A stretch of DNA of 63,277 nt from Kiloniellales bacterium (GTDB lineage: Bacteria > Pseudomonadota > Alphaproteobacteria > Kiloniellales > JAKSBE01): positions 1 to 63,277 of the forward strand of contig JANQGU010000093.1 of the NCBI GenBank assembly GCA_028282935.1. Reading direction: 5' to 3'. The position numbers and the translations under genes were made by a program. This document shows, piece by piece, positions 16,121-27,562 of this stretch; the stretch's first letter is position 1; each line of letters opens with the position of its first letter. The notes under the pieces were generated by a model, which worked only from the letters and a program-made list of their open reading frames with translations, was not told the origin of the DNA and made no database searches.

Positions 16121-17763
16121 TCAAGACGCCCCCTCCGTGCGCAGGCGGAAGCGCTGCAGCTTGCCGGTCTGGGTCTTGGGCAGGGTCTCGCGCCATTCGA
16201 TCTCGCGCGGGTACTTGTAGGGCGCGATGCTTGCCTTGACGTGGTCCTGGATCGCCTTGGCCAGCTCTGGGCTCGCCTTGACCTCGGGCTTGAGGACGAC
16301 GAAGGCCTTGACCAGGGCGCCGCGCTCCGGGTCGGGCGTGCCGACCACGGCGCATTCGGCGACCGCCGGATGGGTCAGGACCGCGTTCTCGACCTCGGGC
16401 CCGGCGATGTTGTAGCCGGAGGAGATGATCATGTCGTCGGCCCGGGCCTGGAACCAGAAATAGCCCTCCTCGTCCATGAGGTAGGCGTCGCCGGTGATAT
16501 TCCAGCCGTCCTGCACGTACTTGCGCTGCCGGGCGTCGGCCAGGTAGCGGCAGCCGGTCGGCCCCTTGACCGCGAGGCGCCCGACCCGGCCCGGCGGCAG
16601 GGGCCGGCCGTCCTCGTCCAGCACGCTGGCGCTGTAGCCGGGCACGACCTTGCCGGTGGCACCGGGGCGGATCTCCTCCTCGCGGGCGGAGATGAAGATG
16701 TGCAGCAGCTCGGTCGCGCCGATGCCGTCGATCAGGCGCAGGCCGGTGGCGTCGAAGAAGGCGTCGGAGGTCGCCTTGGGCAGGGCCTCGCCGGCCGAGA
16801 CGCCCTTGCGCAGGCTGGAGACGTCGTGGCCCTCCAGCGCGGCCAGCATGGCGCGGTAGGCGGTCGGCGCGGTGACGCAGATCGTCGCCTTGTGGGCCTC
16901 GATCGCCTTGACCAGCTCCGGCGGGCTCGCCTTCTCCAGCAGCAGGCTGGCGGCCCCGACCCGCAAGGGGAAGAGCAGCAGGCCGCCGAGCCCGAAGGTG
17001 AAGGCCAGCGGCGGGCTGCCGCAGAAGAGGTCCGAGGCCTCTGGCCGGAGGACCTCGCGCGAGAAGCCGTCGCAGATCGCCAGCAGGTCGCGGTGGTTGT
17101 GCAGGCAGCCCTTGGGCTCGCCGGTGGTGCCCGAGGTGAAGGCGATCAGGCTGATGTCCTCGGCCGCGGTGTCGACCGCCTCGAAGTCGGCCGGCTGCTC
17201 GGCCATCAGGGCGTCCAGGGAGTCGTCGCCCGGCGCATTCCAGTAGCGCAGGGTGGTCAGGCCGGGGCAGCTCGCCCGCGCCGCCTCCAGCTCCTCGGCG
17301 AGGGCGGCGTCGCAGAGCGCGTGGCTGATCTCGGCCTTGCGGATAATGGCCTTGAGCTCGGCGGCGCGCAGCAGCGGCATGGTGCCGACCGCGATGCCGC
17401 CGGCCTTGAGCACCGCGAGGTAGCAGGCCGCCATCATCGGCGTGTTGGCCGAGCGCAGCAGGACCCGGTTGCCCGGCACCAGGCCGAGGTCGCGGGTCAG
17501 GACGTTGGCGATGCGGTTCACCCGCTCTTGCAGATCGCGGTAGCTCCAGGTCGCCCCGCCGCCGATCAGGCAGCGCGCCGCGCCGTGGCCCTTTTCGATC
17601 CAGCGGTCGAGCAGCTCGGCCGCGGCGTTGAGCCGCTCCGGATAGGCGTAGTTGGGATGGCTGAGGTCGATCTCCGGCCAGGTGTCCGCGGGCGGCAGGT
17701 GGTCCCGGGCGAAGGGGTCGAGGTGGGCGGAATATGACATCGTTGCAGGTTGCGGCTGTGCCA

Positions 17764-17764
<1 letters not shown>
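16121..17764 (-). CDS. Aryl-CoA ligase (2-aminobenzoate/benzoate-CoA ligase-like, AMP-forming)
   Basis: It has the AMP-binding motif FTSGTTGEPKG, GWNITGD, and a C-terminal PKTQTGKLQRF. The N-terminus has the AHLDPFARDHLPP pattern of anthranilate-CoA ligases. The ATG at 17764 overlaps the ACAD stop; an alternative ATG is at 17740. Confidence 0.85.
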
Positions 17765-18927
<1,163 letters not shown>

Positions 18928-18930
18928 GGC

Positions 18931-19743
18931 TCAGTCGCCCTCGAAGACCGGCTTGCGCTTGGCCGCGAAGGCCTCGAAGGCGCGGCGGAAGTCCTTGGTC
19001 GCCATGCAGAGCGCCTGGGCCTGGGCCTCGGCCTCGATGGCCTCGTCGATGCCCAGGTCCCATTCCTGGTGGAGCTGAGTCTTGGTGATGCCGTGGGCGA
19101 AGGTTGGGCCCTCGGCCAACGATTGCGTCAGGGCCTGGGCCTCGGCCAGAACCGCCTCGGGCGGGCAGATCCGGTTGTAGAAGCCCCAGCGCTCGGCCTC
19201 CTCGGCCGACATCGAGCGGCCGGTGTAGAGCAGCTCCGCCGCCCGGCCCTGGCCGATGACCCGCGGCAGCAGGGCGCAGGCGCCCATGTCGCAGCCGGCC
19301 AGGCCGACCCGGGTGAAGAGGAAGGCGACCTTGCTGTCCGGCGTGCCCAGGCGCAGGTCCGAGGCCAGGGCCAGCATCGCCCCGGCGCCGACGCAGACAC
19401 CGTCGATCGCGGCGACGATGGGCTGCGGACAGGCGCGCAGGTTCTTCACCACCTGCCCGGTCATGCGGGTGAAGGCGAGCAGCTCCGGCATCGCCATCCG
19501 GGTCAGCGGCTCGATGATCTCGAAGACATCGCCGCCGGAGCAGAAGTTGCCGCCGGCGCCGGTCAGGACCACGGCCTTGACCTTGGGGTCCAGCCGGAGC
19601 GCGGCGAAGAGGTCGCGCAGCTCGGCGTAGGACTCGAAGGTCAGGGGGTTCTTCTTCTCCGGCCGGTCGAGGGTGAGGGTCGCGACCTTGCCCTCGACCT
19701 GCCAGCGGAAGTGCTCTGCCTTGTAGCTGCCCAGTTCGGTCAT
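18931..19743 (-). CDS. Enoyl-CoA hydratase/isomerase (crotonase) family protein
   Basis: [29 protein letters not shown]; 270 aa. Confidence 0.9.
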   Translation of the reverse strand: MTELGSYKAEHFRWQVEGKVATLTLDRPEKKNPLTFESYAELRDLFAALRLDPKVKAVVLTGAGGNFCSGGDVFEIIEPLTRMAMPELLAFTRMTGQVVKNLRACPQPIVAAIDGVCVGAGAMLALASDLRLGTPDSKVAFLFTRVGLAGCDMGACALLPRVIGQGRAAELLYTGRSMSAEEAERWGFYNRICPPEAVLAEAQALTQSLAEGPTFAHGITKTQLHQEWDLGIDEAIEAEAQAQALCMATKDFRRAFEAFAAKRKPVFEGD

Positions 19744-20258
19744 CGCGCCGCTCCGTTGCTGCGCCGGCCCGGGCGCGAGACCGAGGCCTTGAGCCGGGCG
19801 AGGAGGCCGAAGAGCCGCTGTTCGTCCTCGCGCGGCAGGTCGGTGAAGAGCTCGGTGATCCAGCGCTCGTGCTCCGCCGCCATGGCCTCGAAGCGCTTGC
19901 GGCCCTTGGCGGTCAAGCGCACGAACTGGCTGCGCCGGTCTTCGGCCGAGCGGACCCGGGCGACGAAGCCGTCGCGCTCCAGGCGGTCGGTCAGGCCGGT
20001 GACGTTGCCCTTGGAGACCATCATCAGCTCGCCCAGGGCGCCCATGCCCAGGCCCTCCTCGGGGCCGCGGTAGAGCTGCGCCAGGAAGTCGAACTGCGGC
20101 AGGGTCATCGCGTAGCGGCGGCGCAGGCGCGAGCGGATCTCGGACTCGATCAGGTTGGTGCAGGTCAGGAGGCGCAGCCAGAGCCGCAGCTCGTCCTTGG
20201 CCTGCTCGCGCCCGGTCTCCAGGTCGACCGCCTCGGCCGCGCCGCCCAGCCCCTTCAT
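19740..20258 (-). CDS. MarR family transcriptional regulator
   Basis: It has a winged-HTH region ([12 protein letters not shown] ... [19 protein letters not shown]) and is coupled by ATGA to the crotonase gene. Confidence 0.85.
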   Translation of the reverse strand: MKGLGGAAEAVDLETGREQAKDELRLWLRLLTCTNLIESEIRSRLRRRYAMTLPQFDFLAQLYRGPEEGLGMGALGELMMVSKGNVTGLTDRLERDGFVARVRSAEDRRSQFVRLTAKGRKRFEAMAAEHERWITELFTDLPREDEQRLFGLLARLKASVSRPGRRSNGAAR

Positions 20259-20259
20259 C

Positions 20260-21048
20260 TCACATCACCTCCCCGCCGGAGACCGAGATCGCCTGGCCCG
20301 TCACCGCGCCCGAGGCCGGCAGGGCGAGCCAGAGCACCGCCTCGGCGACCTCCTCCGGCGCGACGAAGCGGCCCTGGGGGTTGGCGGCTCTGAGCCGGGC
20401 CGCGGCATCCTCGCGGCCGCGTCCGGTCGCCGCCTCGATCCGCGCCAGGGAACGCTCCAGCAGGTCGGTCTCGGTGAAGCCGGGACAGACGGCGTTGACC
20501 GTGACCCCGTCGCGTGCGGTCTCCAGCGCCAGGGCGCGGACCAGGCCGAGCACCCCGTGCTTGGCGGCGCAGTAGGCGGCGACGTAGGGATAGCCTTTCA
20601 GGCCGGCGGTGCTGGCGACGGCGACGACCCGGCCCCAGCCGCGGCCCCGCATGTCCGGCAGGACCGGGCGGAGGCTGTTGAAGACCCCGGTCAGGTTGAC
20701 CGCCAGCATGGCCTCCCAGAGCGCGGAATCGGTCTCGCCGAAGGGCGCGCTCTCGGCCGCGCCGGCGTTGCAGACCAGGACGTCGAGGGGGCCCTGGGCC
20801 TCGGCGATGGCCGCCAGGGCCGCGGCGGTCCCCGTCGCATCGGTGACGTCGGCCTGGGCCCAGGCACCGGGCCGGGCGAGGCCGGCAAGGGCCTCCTCCA
20901 GCGGTCCGGGTCGGCGGCCGAGCAGCGAGACCACGGCGCCCGCCGCGGAGAGCCGCTGCGCCACCGCGCGGCCAATGCCGCTGCCGCCGCCGGTGACCAG
21001 GGCGTGGCGGCCGTCCAGCGGCAGGTCTGAGATCGGCGCGTCAGACAT
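20260..21048 (-). CDS. Short-chain dehydrogenase/reductase (SDR)
   Basis: The ATG at 21048 gives [29 protein letters not shown]. The catalytic YCAAK motif is present. It overlaps the upstream stop by 8 nt. Confidence 0.85.
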   Translation of the reverse strand: MSDAPISDLPLDGRHALVTGGGSGIGRAVAQRLSAAGAVVSLLGRRPGPLEEALAGLARPGAWAQADVTDATGTAAALAAIAEAQGPLDVLVCNAGAAESAPFGETDSALWEAMLAVNLTGVFNSLRPVLPDMRGRGWGRVVAVASTAGLKGYPYVAAYCAAKHGVLGLVRALALETARDGVTVNAVCPGFTETDLLERSLARIEAATGRGREDAAARLRAANPQGRFVAPEEVAEAVLWLALPASGAVTGQAISVSGGEVM

Positions 21049-23344
21049 TGATCGCCATCTCCAGCTTGCGCTCCAGCAGGCGCAGGTATTGCTCGCGCCC
21101 GGCCAGGTAGGGCTTGGGCCAGGGCTGCTCGGCGAAGCCCAGCTCGGCCGCCGCGTGCAGGCTCCAGTAAGGATCGGAAAGGTGCGGCCGGGCCAGGGCG
21201 ACCAGGTCGGCGCGGCCCGAGAGCAGGATCGAGTTGACCTGGTCGGCCTCGAAGATGTTGCCGACCGCCAGGGTCGCGATGCCGACCTCGTTGCGGATCC
21301 GGTCGGCGAAGGGAGTCTGGAACATGCGGCCATAGACCGGCTTGGCCTCGGTCGAGGTCTGCCCGGCCGAGACGTCGACCAGGTCGACGCCGCGGGCCTT
21401 GAGCCGGCGGGCGATCTCGACCGCGTCCTCGGGGGTCAGTCCGTCGGGGTGCCAGTCGCTGGCCGAGATCCGCACCGAGATGGGGCGGTCCTCGGGCCAG
21501 ACGGCGCGGACCGCGTCGAAGACCTCCAGGGTCAGGCGCAGGCGGTTCTCCAGCGAACCGCCATAGGCGTCGTCGCGCTTGTTGGTGAGCGGCGAGATGA
21601 AGGCCGAGAGCAGGTAGCCGTGGGCGGCGTGGATCTCCAGCATGTCGAAGCCGGCCGCCAGGCCGCGCTCGGCCGCGGCGACGAAGTCGGCCTTGACCGC
21701 CGCCAGGTCCTCGGGCGTCGCCGCGCGCGGCACCTGGTTCCGGGGGCTCCAGGGGATCGGCGAGGCCCCCAGCACCTCCCAGTTGCCGGTCTCCAGGGGC
21801 TCGTCCATGCCTTCCCAGCCGAGCCCGGTCGAGCCCTTGGGGCCGGAGTGGCCGAGCTGGAGGCAGATCCTGGCCTCGCCGTTGGCGTGGACGAAGTCGA
21901 CGATCCGGGTCCAGGCCTCGGCCTGGGCGTCGTTCCAGATGCCGGTGCAGCCCGGGGTGATCCGCGCCTCGGGCGAGACGCAGGTCATCTCGGTGAAGAT
22001 CAGCCCGGCGCCGCCCAGGGCCCGGCTGCCCAGGTGGACCAGGTGGAAGTCGCCGGGCAGGCCGTCCTCGGCGCTGTAGGTCGCCATGGGCGAGACCACG
22101 ACCCGGTTGGCCAGGGTCATGCCGCGCAGGCGGAAGGGCGTGAACATCGGCGGCAGAGCGGTTTCGCTCGGCTGCCTCCCGGCTCGCCCCAGGGCGCGCT
22201 CGGCGAACCACGTCTCGGCCCGAGCCAGCCAGTCCGGGTCGCGCAGGCGCAGGTTCTCGTGGCTGACCCGCTGGCTGCGGGTCAGCAGGGCGTAGGCGAA
22301 CTGCACCGGATCGTGGCGGACGTAGCGCGGCACCGCCTCGAACCATTCGGTGGAGTTGCGCGCCGCGCTCTGCAGCTTGAGCACCTCGACCCGGCGGACC
22401 TCCTGGTAGTCGGCCAGGGCCGCCTCGAGGCTCGGCTTCTCGTGGAGCAGGCGGGCCAGGTCGATGGCGTCCTCCAGGGCGAGCTTGGTGCCGGAGCCGA
22501 TCGAGAAGTGCGCGGAGTGCGCGGCGTCGCCCATGAGCACGATCTTGCCGTGGTGCCACTTCCCGCAGGAGACCCGCGGGAAGTTGAGCCAGGCCGAGCC
22601 GCGCAGGTGGGCGGCGTTGCTCATCAGGCGGTGGCCGTCGAGGTAGGGCGCGAAGCGGGCCTCGCACCAGGCCACGGTCTCCTCGGTGGTCATGCGGTCG
22701 AAGCCGAGGCCGGCCCAGGTCTCGGGCCCGCACTCGACGATGAAGGTCGAGGTTTCGGCGTCGAACTGGTAGGCGTGGACCCAGATCCAGCCGTGCTCGG
22801 TCTCGTCGAAGATGAAGGTGAAGGCCTCGAAGGTCTGGTCGGTGCCGAGCCAGATGTACTTGTTCTCGCGCAGCTCGACGTCGGGCTCGAAGGCCTCGGC
22901 GAAGCGTTCGCGGATCCGCGAGTTGATGCCGTCGGCGGCGACGATGAGGTCGCAGTCCTCGTAGGGCGAAAGGTCCTCGGCCCCGACCTCGCTCTCGAAG
23001 TCGAGGACGACGCCGAGCTCGCGGGCGCGGTCCTGCAGGATGCCGAGCAGGCGCTTGCGGCCGATGCCGATGAAGCCGTGGCCGCCCGAGGTGATCTTCT
23101 CGCCCTTGAAGAAGACGTCGATGTCGTCCCAGTGGGCGAAGCTGGCCTCGATGGTGGCGGCGGAGACCGGGTCGTTGACCCGGAGGTTCTCCAGGGTCTG
23201 GTCGGAGAAGACCACGCCCCAGCCGAAGGTATCGTCGGGGCGGTTGCGCTCGACCACCCGGACCTCGTGGGCCGGGTCGCGCAGCTTCATGGAGATGGCG
23301 AAGTAGAGCCCCGCCGGCCCACCGCCGATGCAGGCGACCTTCAT
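21041..23344 (-). CDS. Bifunctional flavin monooxygenase / Old-Yellow-Enzyme reductase (2-aminobenzoyl-CoA monooxygenase/reductase or salicylyl-CoA 5-hydroxylase type)
   Basis: The N-terminal FAD monooxygenase starts [15 protein letters not shown] and contains [15 protein letters not shown]. The C-terminal OYE/TIM reductase contains [10 protein letters not shown] and [10 protein letters not shown]. An alternative start is the ATG at 23416. Confidence 0.85.
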   Translation of the reverse strand: MKVACIGGGPAGLYFAISMKLRDPAHEVRVVERNRPDDTFGWGVVFSDQTLENLRVNDPVSAATIEASFAHWDDIDVFFKGEKITSGGHGFIGIGRKRLLGILQDRARELGVVLDFESEVGAEDLSPYEDCDLIVAADGINSRIRERFAEAFEPDVELRENKYIWLGTDQTFEAFTFIFDETEHGWIWVHAYQFDAETSTFIVECGPETWAGLGFDRMTTEETVAWCEARFAPYLDGHRLMSNAAHLRGSAWLNFPRVSCGKWHHGKIVLMGDAAHSAHFSIGSGTKLALEDAIDLARLLHEKPSLEAALADYQEVRRVEVLKLQSAARNSTEWFEAVPRYVRHDPVQFAYALLTRSQRVSHENLRLRDPDWLARAETWFAERALGRAGRQPSETALPPMFTPFRLRGMTLANRVVVSPMATYSAEDGLPGDFHLVHLGSRALGGAGLIFTEMTCVSPEARITPGCTGIWNDAQAEAWTRIVDFVHANGEARICLQLGHSGPKGSTGLGWEGMDEPLETGNWEVLGASPIPWSPRNQVPRAATPEDLAAVKADFVAAAERGLAAGFDMLEIHAAHGYLLSAFISPLTNKRDDAYGGSLENRLRLTLEVFDAVRAVWPEDRPISVRISASDWHPDGLTPEDAVEIARRLKARGVDLVDVSAGQTSTEAKPVYGRMFQTPFADRIRNEVGIATLAVGNIFEADQVNSILLSGRADLVALARPHLSDPYWSLHAAAELGFAEQPWPKPYLAGREQYLRLLERKLEMAINV

Positions 23345-23463
23345 CGAAGTCCCGTTGCTTCGGCCGCTTTCCAGGATCGCGGTCTCCCCGGGGCCGCTGT
23401 CGCTCGGGTCGCGCATGGCGTCGTCACCTGGCCTCTGATTCCGACCCAAGACTATCAATACCT

Positions 23464-23487
23464 AAATAGTTTGTATATAAATTATTT
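23464..23487. promoter_or_regulatory. 24-bp AT-rich imperfect palindrome in the operon promoter region (candidate MarR operator)
   Basis: AAATAGTTTGTATATAAATTATTT matches its own reverse complement at 20 of 24 positions. It is the only strongly AT-rich island for kilobases and lies about 120 bp upstream of the 23344 start. Confidence 0.4.
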
Positions 23488-23535
23488 GCCGGGACGAGAT
23501 CCTGGTTTCAAGGGGACGGCCGCGCCGCGGCGCCT

Positions 23536-23569
23536 GCCGTGCCGCCGACGCTTTGGCCGGCGGCACGGC
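23536..23569 (-). terminator. Stem-loop downstream of the 23587..24333 gene
   Basis: GCCGTGCCGCCG-N10-CGGCGGCACGGC is a perfect 12-bp stem, 17 nt after the stop. There is no clear U-tract. Confidence 0.4.
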
Positions 23570-23586
23570 GAGTCGCGGGCGGAGCG

Positions 23587-24333
23587 TCAGAGCACGCGCT
23601 TCATTTCCCGATAGGCGCCGCTGGCGCGGAGAGTCAACGTGACATCCCTGTCGGTCCGGTTGCGCCAGAACCAACCGTGGTCGCCGTCGAAGGCGGCGAC
23701 CAGCACGCCCTCGTCGCCGGGCACGCCGCGGCCCTTCTCGTAGGATATGGACTGGCCGCCGCCGTTGCCGTGGGTGTCGTAGTTCAGCCGTCCGCCGTTG
23801 GCGGTCCACTCGAAGCGCGCCTGCGCGCCGGCCTCCATGACGAGCTTCACCTCCGTGCCCTGGCCCGGCGAGAGCGTGATGCTGATCTCGTCCCTCCAGG
23901 CCGCCGGCTCGGGTGCCGCCTCGGCCGCGGCCTCGGCCATGGCTTCGGGCGGGCGCTCGGCGAGGACCGCCTCGCTTGGGCCTTCGCTTTGGACCGGCGC
24001 GCTTTCCGTGGCGGCCGGCGCCGGCTCGGCCGCCGGGGGTGGCGCCGTGGCCTCGGCTTGTGGCGCCGGCGTCTCGGCGGCAGCCGCGGCGGCTTCGGCT
24101 TCCGCCGCGCGGCGGCGGTCGGCCTCGGCCTCCTCGGCGAGCTGGGTCTTGATCTCGCCCATCTCGGTGAGGCCCAGGATCCGGCCGACGCCCGTGGGGT
24201 CGATGCCGTACTCGGCGGGCAGCACGGCGGTCATGAGGATCGCCGCCGCGGCGACGATGGCGAGGGCGGTCGAGCGGAGCAGGCGCGCCGCGCTCGGAAG
24301 CTCCTCGGCGGCGGGCTTGTTGGCGTTGTACAT
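23587..24333 (-). CDS. Membrane-anchored protein with Ala/Pro/Glu-rich linker and C-terminal beta-rich domain (unknown function)
   Basis: It has one N-terminal TM segment (LLRSTALAIVAAAAILMTAVL), a low-complexity linker, and then a ~110-aa domain (SPGQGTEVKLVMEAG...FDGDHGWFWRNRTDRDVTLTL). It is the last gene of the HupE-type operon. Confidence 0.7.
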   Translation of the reverse strand: MYNANKPAAEELPSAARLLRSTALAIVAAAAILMTAVLPAEYGIDPTGVGRILGLTEMGEIKTQLAEEAEADRRRAAEAEAAAAAAETPAPQAEATAPPPAAEPAPAATESAPVQSEGPSEAVLAERPPEAMAEAAAEAAPEPAAWRDEISITLSPGQGTEVKLVMEAGAQARFEWTANGGRLNYDTHGNGGGQSISYEKGRGVPGDEGVLVAAFDGDHGWFWRNRTDRDVTLTLRASGAYREMKRVL

Positions 24334-24368
24334 GTCGATCTCTCTTCCTGAATATCCAGTAGAGGCCG

Positions 24369-25103
24369 CTAGGCGACGAAATAGCCGGTGAGCTGATAGC
24401 CGATGAGCACGAAGCCCGCGGTCATCATCGCGACGTTCGCCGTGTAGGCGTGCGTCCAGAAGCCGGGCCTTCGCCGCCAGTAGCCCATTACGATCAGGAT
24501 GGCGGCCAGCGCGAGGAGCTGGCCGATCTCGACGCCGACGTTGAAGGCGATCAGGTTGGCCAACAGGCCGTCGGAAGCGATCTCGTAGTCGAGGATCTTG
24601 CTCGACAGGCCGAAGCCGTGACAGAGGCCGAAGATCAGGGTCGCCGCCTTGGTGTCCGGCTGAAAGCCGAACCAGCGTTGATAGGCGCCCAGGTTGTCGA
24701 GCGCCTTATAGACCACCGAGAGGCCGATGATCGCGTCGATCAGGTAACTGTTGATGCCGATGTTGAAGTAGACCCCGAGCAGCATCGTCGTCGAATGGCC
24801 GAGGGCGAAGAGGCTGACGTATATCGCGATGTGCTTCAGCCGGTAGAGGAAGAAGATCACGCCGAAGAGGAACAGCAGGTGATCGTAGCCCGTGACCATG
24901 TGCTTGGCCCCGAGGTAGGTGAAGGGCAGCAGGTGGACGCCGGAGATCTCCTGGATGTAGCCCTTGTCGCCTTCGGCGACGGCGTGGGCGGCGGCGGCGC
25001 CGGTGAGCGCCAGCAGGGCTCCGGTCGTCAGGAGCGGAAGGGAGAGGAGGGCTCGGAGCGCAGGGCGCGCCCGCGGGCCATCCCCCGGACAGGGGTGATG
25101 CAT
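24369..25103 (-). CDS. HupE/UreJ-type membrane protein (putative Ni/Co or other metal permease)
   Basis: It has a signal-like N-terminus and then 6 TM segments. It carries conserved His motifs (HMVTGYDHLLFL, ALGHSTT, GLCHGFGL) as in the HupE/UreJ_2 family. Confidence 0.75.
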   Translation of the reverse strand: MHHPCPGDGPRARPALRALLSLPLLTTGALLALTGAAAAHAVAEGDKGYIQEISGVHLLPFTYLGAKHMVTGYDHLLFLFGVIFFLYRLKHIAIYVSLFALGHSTTMLLGVYFNIGINSYLIDAIIGLSVVYKALDNLGAYQRWFGFQPDTKAATLIFGLCHGFGLSSKILDYEIASDGLLANLIAFNVGVEIGQLLALAAILIVMGYWRRRPGFWTHAYTANVAMMTAGFVLIGYQLTGYFVA

Positions 25104-25165
25104 GATTCGATCCGTCGTTGCGTTGCCGAGACAAGCCCCTGGAGAGGGGCGCCTTCAAATCCCGG

Positions 25166-25534
25166 TCAGGCGCGCGGCGGTCGATCTATGCAGAAGCAGG
25201 GGCCGTGGTCGCAGGAGCGGGGCGGTGGCGCATCCCAGGAATCGCAGGTCCGAAGGAAGGAGAAGCCCTGAGGGTCGGCGGCCGCCTGGGTGACGTGATC
25301 GTGGTCGGCCGGGTTGTGCCCCTGCGCGGGGACGCCTTCCGCAGCCCAGCGCCAGCCGTGGTCGTGGCCATGATCCTCGTCCTCGGCCGCCTCGGCGACG
25401 TGACGCTCGATCTCGGCGAGGACCAGGGCCGGGTCATGGGACGCGGAATGACCCACGGGGGACAGCAGCGTCGACAGCGCCATCGCGAGTGCGAGCGCCA
25501 GACAGAGGCCCCTGCGACCGACCCGAGTTCCCAT
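25166..25534 (-). CDS. Small secreted His-rich / Cys-rich protein (122 aa), function unknown
   Basis: The ATG at 25534 starts a signal peptide (MGTRVGRRGLCLALALAMALSTLLSP). An acidic His cluster follows (EDEDHGHDHGW...GHNPADHDH), then a C-terminal four-Cys patch CDSWDAPPPRSCDHGPCFC. It is the first gene of the operon. Confidence 0.6.
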   Translation of the reverse strand: MGTRVGRRGLCLALALAMALSTLLSPVGHSASHDPALVLAEIERHVAEAAEDEDHGHDHGWRWAAEGVPAQGHNPADHDHVTQAAADPQGFSFLRTCDSWDAPPPRSCDHGPCFCIDRPPRA

Positions 25535-25888
25535 GTTTCGCGTCTGCTCCAACGACCCAGACGAAGCGGTCCCGGAGGGTCGGCCCCTTAGGTGCGAGGC
25601 CCTGATACGGACTCTCCGAGCGGCGCCGGCGATCTTTGGCCGAGTTGGGTGCCAATGCAAGCAAAAGAGGAAGGCGGCCAGCCGGCGCGCCCGGAAGCCC
25701 GTCGCGGAGAGCCTGCGTCCGATGCCCTCTTGAAGACGCTCACGATCCCGGGCAAGCTCACGACAAGCGCCGCGACCAGAGACGGAACGAAAAGGCGCGA
25801 AGTCGAGGCACGGCTCGACATCACCCGGGCGCGCGAGACCCGATCCAATCGGGACGCGGGCTTTGGGAGGCTTTCACTGGGGGATATC

Positions 25889-27484
25889 ATGACCATGAAA
25901 AAACTGATCGGCGGCCTGGTGTTTGCGGCCGTCCTTGTCACCGGCAGCTTCGCCGCCCAGGCGCAGAAAGCGGGCGGCACCTTCGTCTTCCTGGTCCAGC
26001 CGGAACCGCCGTCCCTGGCGTCCTACCTCTCGACCTCGGGGCCGATCGGCCTGGTCGCGCCGAAGATCTACGAGGGCCTGCTGGACTACGACACGGACCT
26101 CAACCCGGTGCCGGCGCTGGCGGAGAGCTTCGAGGTCAGCGAGGACGGCAAGACCGTCACCTTCAAGCTGCAGAAGGGCGTGACCTGGCACGACGGCAAG
26201 CCCTTCACCTCGGCCGACGTGCAGTTCACGGTCATGGAGGTGCTGAGCAAGGTGCATCCGCGCGGGCCCAACTCCTTCCGCGAGGTCACCGCGATCGAGA
26301 CGCCGGACGAGCACACCGCGGTCTTCAAGCTGGCCAACCCGGCGCCTTACATGCTGCGCGCGCTCTCGGCCTATGAATCGCCGATGGTGCCCAAGCACCT
26401 GCTGGAGGGCCAGGACCCGCGCAACGCCGACCTGGCCAACAACCCGGTGGGCACCGGGCCCTTCAAGTTCGTCGAGTGGAAGAAGGGCCAGTACGTCCGC
26501 CTGGACAAGAACGAGAACTACTGGAAGGAGGGGCTGCCCTACCTCGACCGCGTGGTCGGCCGCTTCATCCCGGACGCCTCGACCCGCACCGCGGCGATGG
26601 AGAACGGCGAGGTCCACTACGGCGCCTACGGCGCGATCCCCAACGTCGACGTCGTGCGCCTGCGGGAGATGGACCACATCGGCGTGACCACCGACGGCTA
26701 CGCCATGATCAACCCGGTCTCGCTGATCGAGTTCGACACCACCCGGCCGCCCTTCGACAAGCCGGAGGTCCGCCAGGCCATCTCCATGGCCCTGGACCGG
26801 CAGTTCCTGATCGACAACATCTGGTTCGGCTACGGCAAGCCGGCGACCAGCGCGCTCTCGACCAACTTCGCGGCCACCGGGCTCTACGCCGAGGGCATGC
26901 CGAACTATCCGGCCAAGGCCGACGTCGCCGCCGCCAAGAAGATCCTGGACGACGCCGGCGTCGCCCCGGATGCCGACGGCGTGCGCGCCAGCGCGGTGCT
27001 GGACCTGATCCCCTACGGCGAGGACTGGCGCCGGGCCGGCGAGTACATGAAGCAGGCCCTGGGCGATATCGGCATCAAGGTGGAGCTGCGCTACGAGGAC
27101 GTGCCGACCTGGCTGAAGCGGATCTATGCGGACTACGACTTCCGCATGAACGTCAACTACTTCTACCAGCTGCCGGATCCGGTGCTGGGCGTGCACCGCC
27201 ACTACGGCACCGACCAGATCCGCCAGGGCACCCACTTCGTCAATTCCTCGCGCTACAGCAACCCGAAGCTGGATTCGCTTCTGGCGGCGGGGGCAACCGA
27301 GGCGGACGCGACCAAGCGCGGCGCGATCTACAAGGATATCCAGTCGATCCTCGCCGAGGACCTGCCGGTGGTGAACCTCTTCGAGATGCAGTTCCTCACC
27401 GTCTACAACAAGAAGCTGAAGGACCACGAGACCTCGGCGCTTGGGGCCTACGGCTCCTTCGAGCGCGCCTGGCTGGACGAGTAG
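25889..27484 (+). CDS. ABC transporter substrate-binding protein, family 5 (peptide/nickel/opine type)
   Basis: The ATG at 25889 starts a signal peptide (MTMKKLIGGLVFAAVLVTGSFAAQA). It has DppA/OppA-like architecture and is 531 aa. Confidence 0.85.
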   Translation: MTMKKLIGGLVFAAVLVTGSFAAQAQKAGGTFVFLVQPEPPSLASYLSTSGPIGLVAPKIYEGLLDYDTDLNPVPALAESFEVSEDGKTVTFKLQKGVTWHDGKPFTSADVQFTVMEVLSKVHPRGPNSFREVTAIETPDEHTAVFKLANPAPYMLRALSAYESPMVPKHLLEGQDPRNADLANNPVGTGPFKFVEWKKGQYVRLDKNENYWKEGLPYLDRVVGRFIPDASTRTAAMENGEVHYGAYGAIPNVDVVRLREMDHIGVTTDGYAMINPVSLIEFDTTRPPFDKPEVRQAISMALDRQFLIDNIWFGYGKPATSALSTNFAATGLYAEGMPNYPAKADVAAAKKILDDAGVAPDADGVRASAVLDLIPYGEDWRRAGEYMKQALGDIGIKVELRYEDVPTWLKRIYADYDFRMNVNYFYQLPDPVLGVHRHYGTDQIRQGTHFVNSSRYSNPKLDSLLAAGATEADATKRGAIYKDIQSILAEDLPVVNLFEMQFLTVYNKKLKDHETSALGAYGSFERAWLDE

Positions 27485-27562
27485 CATGAGCCGCCCGGGC
27501 GCCGGCCGGCACGCCAAGAGGCCGGCGCCCGGACGCTTTTCCCCAGGACGCTCCGGTACGGC

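Noticed and set aside
20609-23614. Very long plus-strand ORF (1001 aa). Similar giants are 6951..9491 (846 aa), 25874..28294 (806 aa), 17734..20073 (779 aa) and 55387..57576 (729 aa).
   Set aside because: Each lies antisense to, or out of frame with, genes that have clear family motifs. Their products are Arg/Gly/Ala/Pro/Asp-rich low-complexity strings. These are typical shadow ORFs of ~70 % GC DNA.
25592-25888. 99-codon N-terminal extension of the family-5 binding protein suggested by the track ORF (25592..27484).
   Set aside because: The extension is Arg/Gly/Pro-rich with no hydrophobic segment. A proper signal peptide begins at the ATG at 25889.
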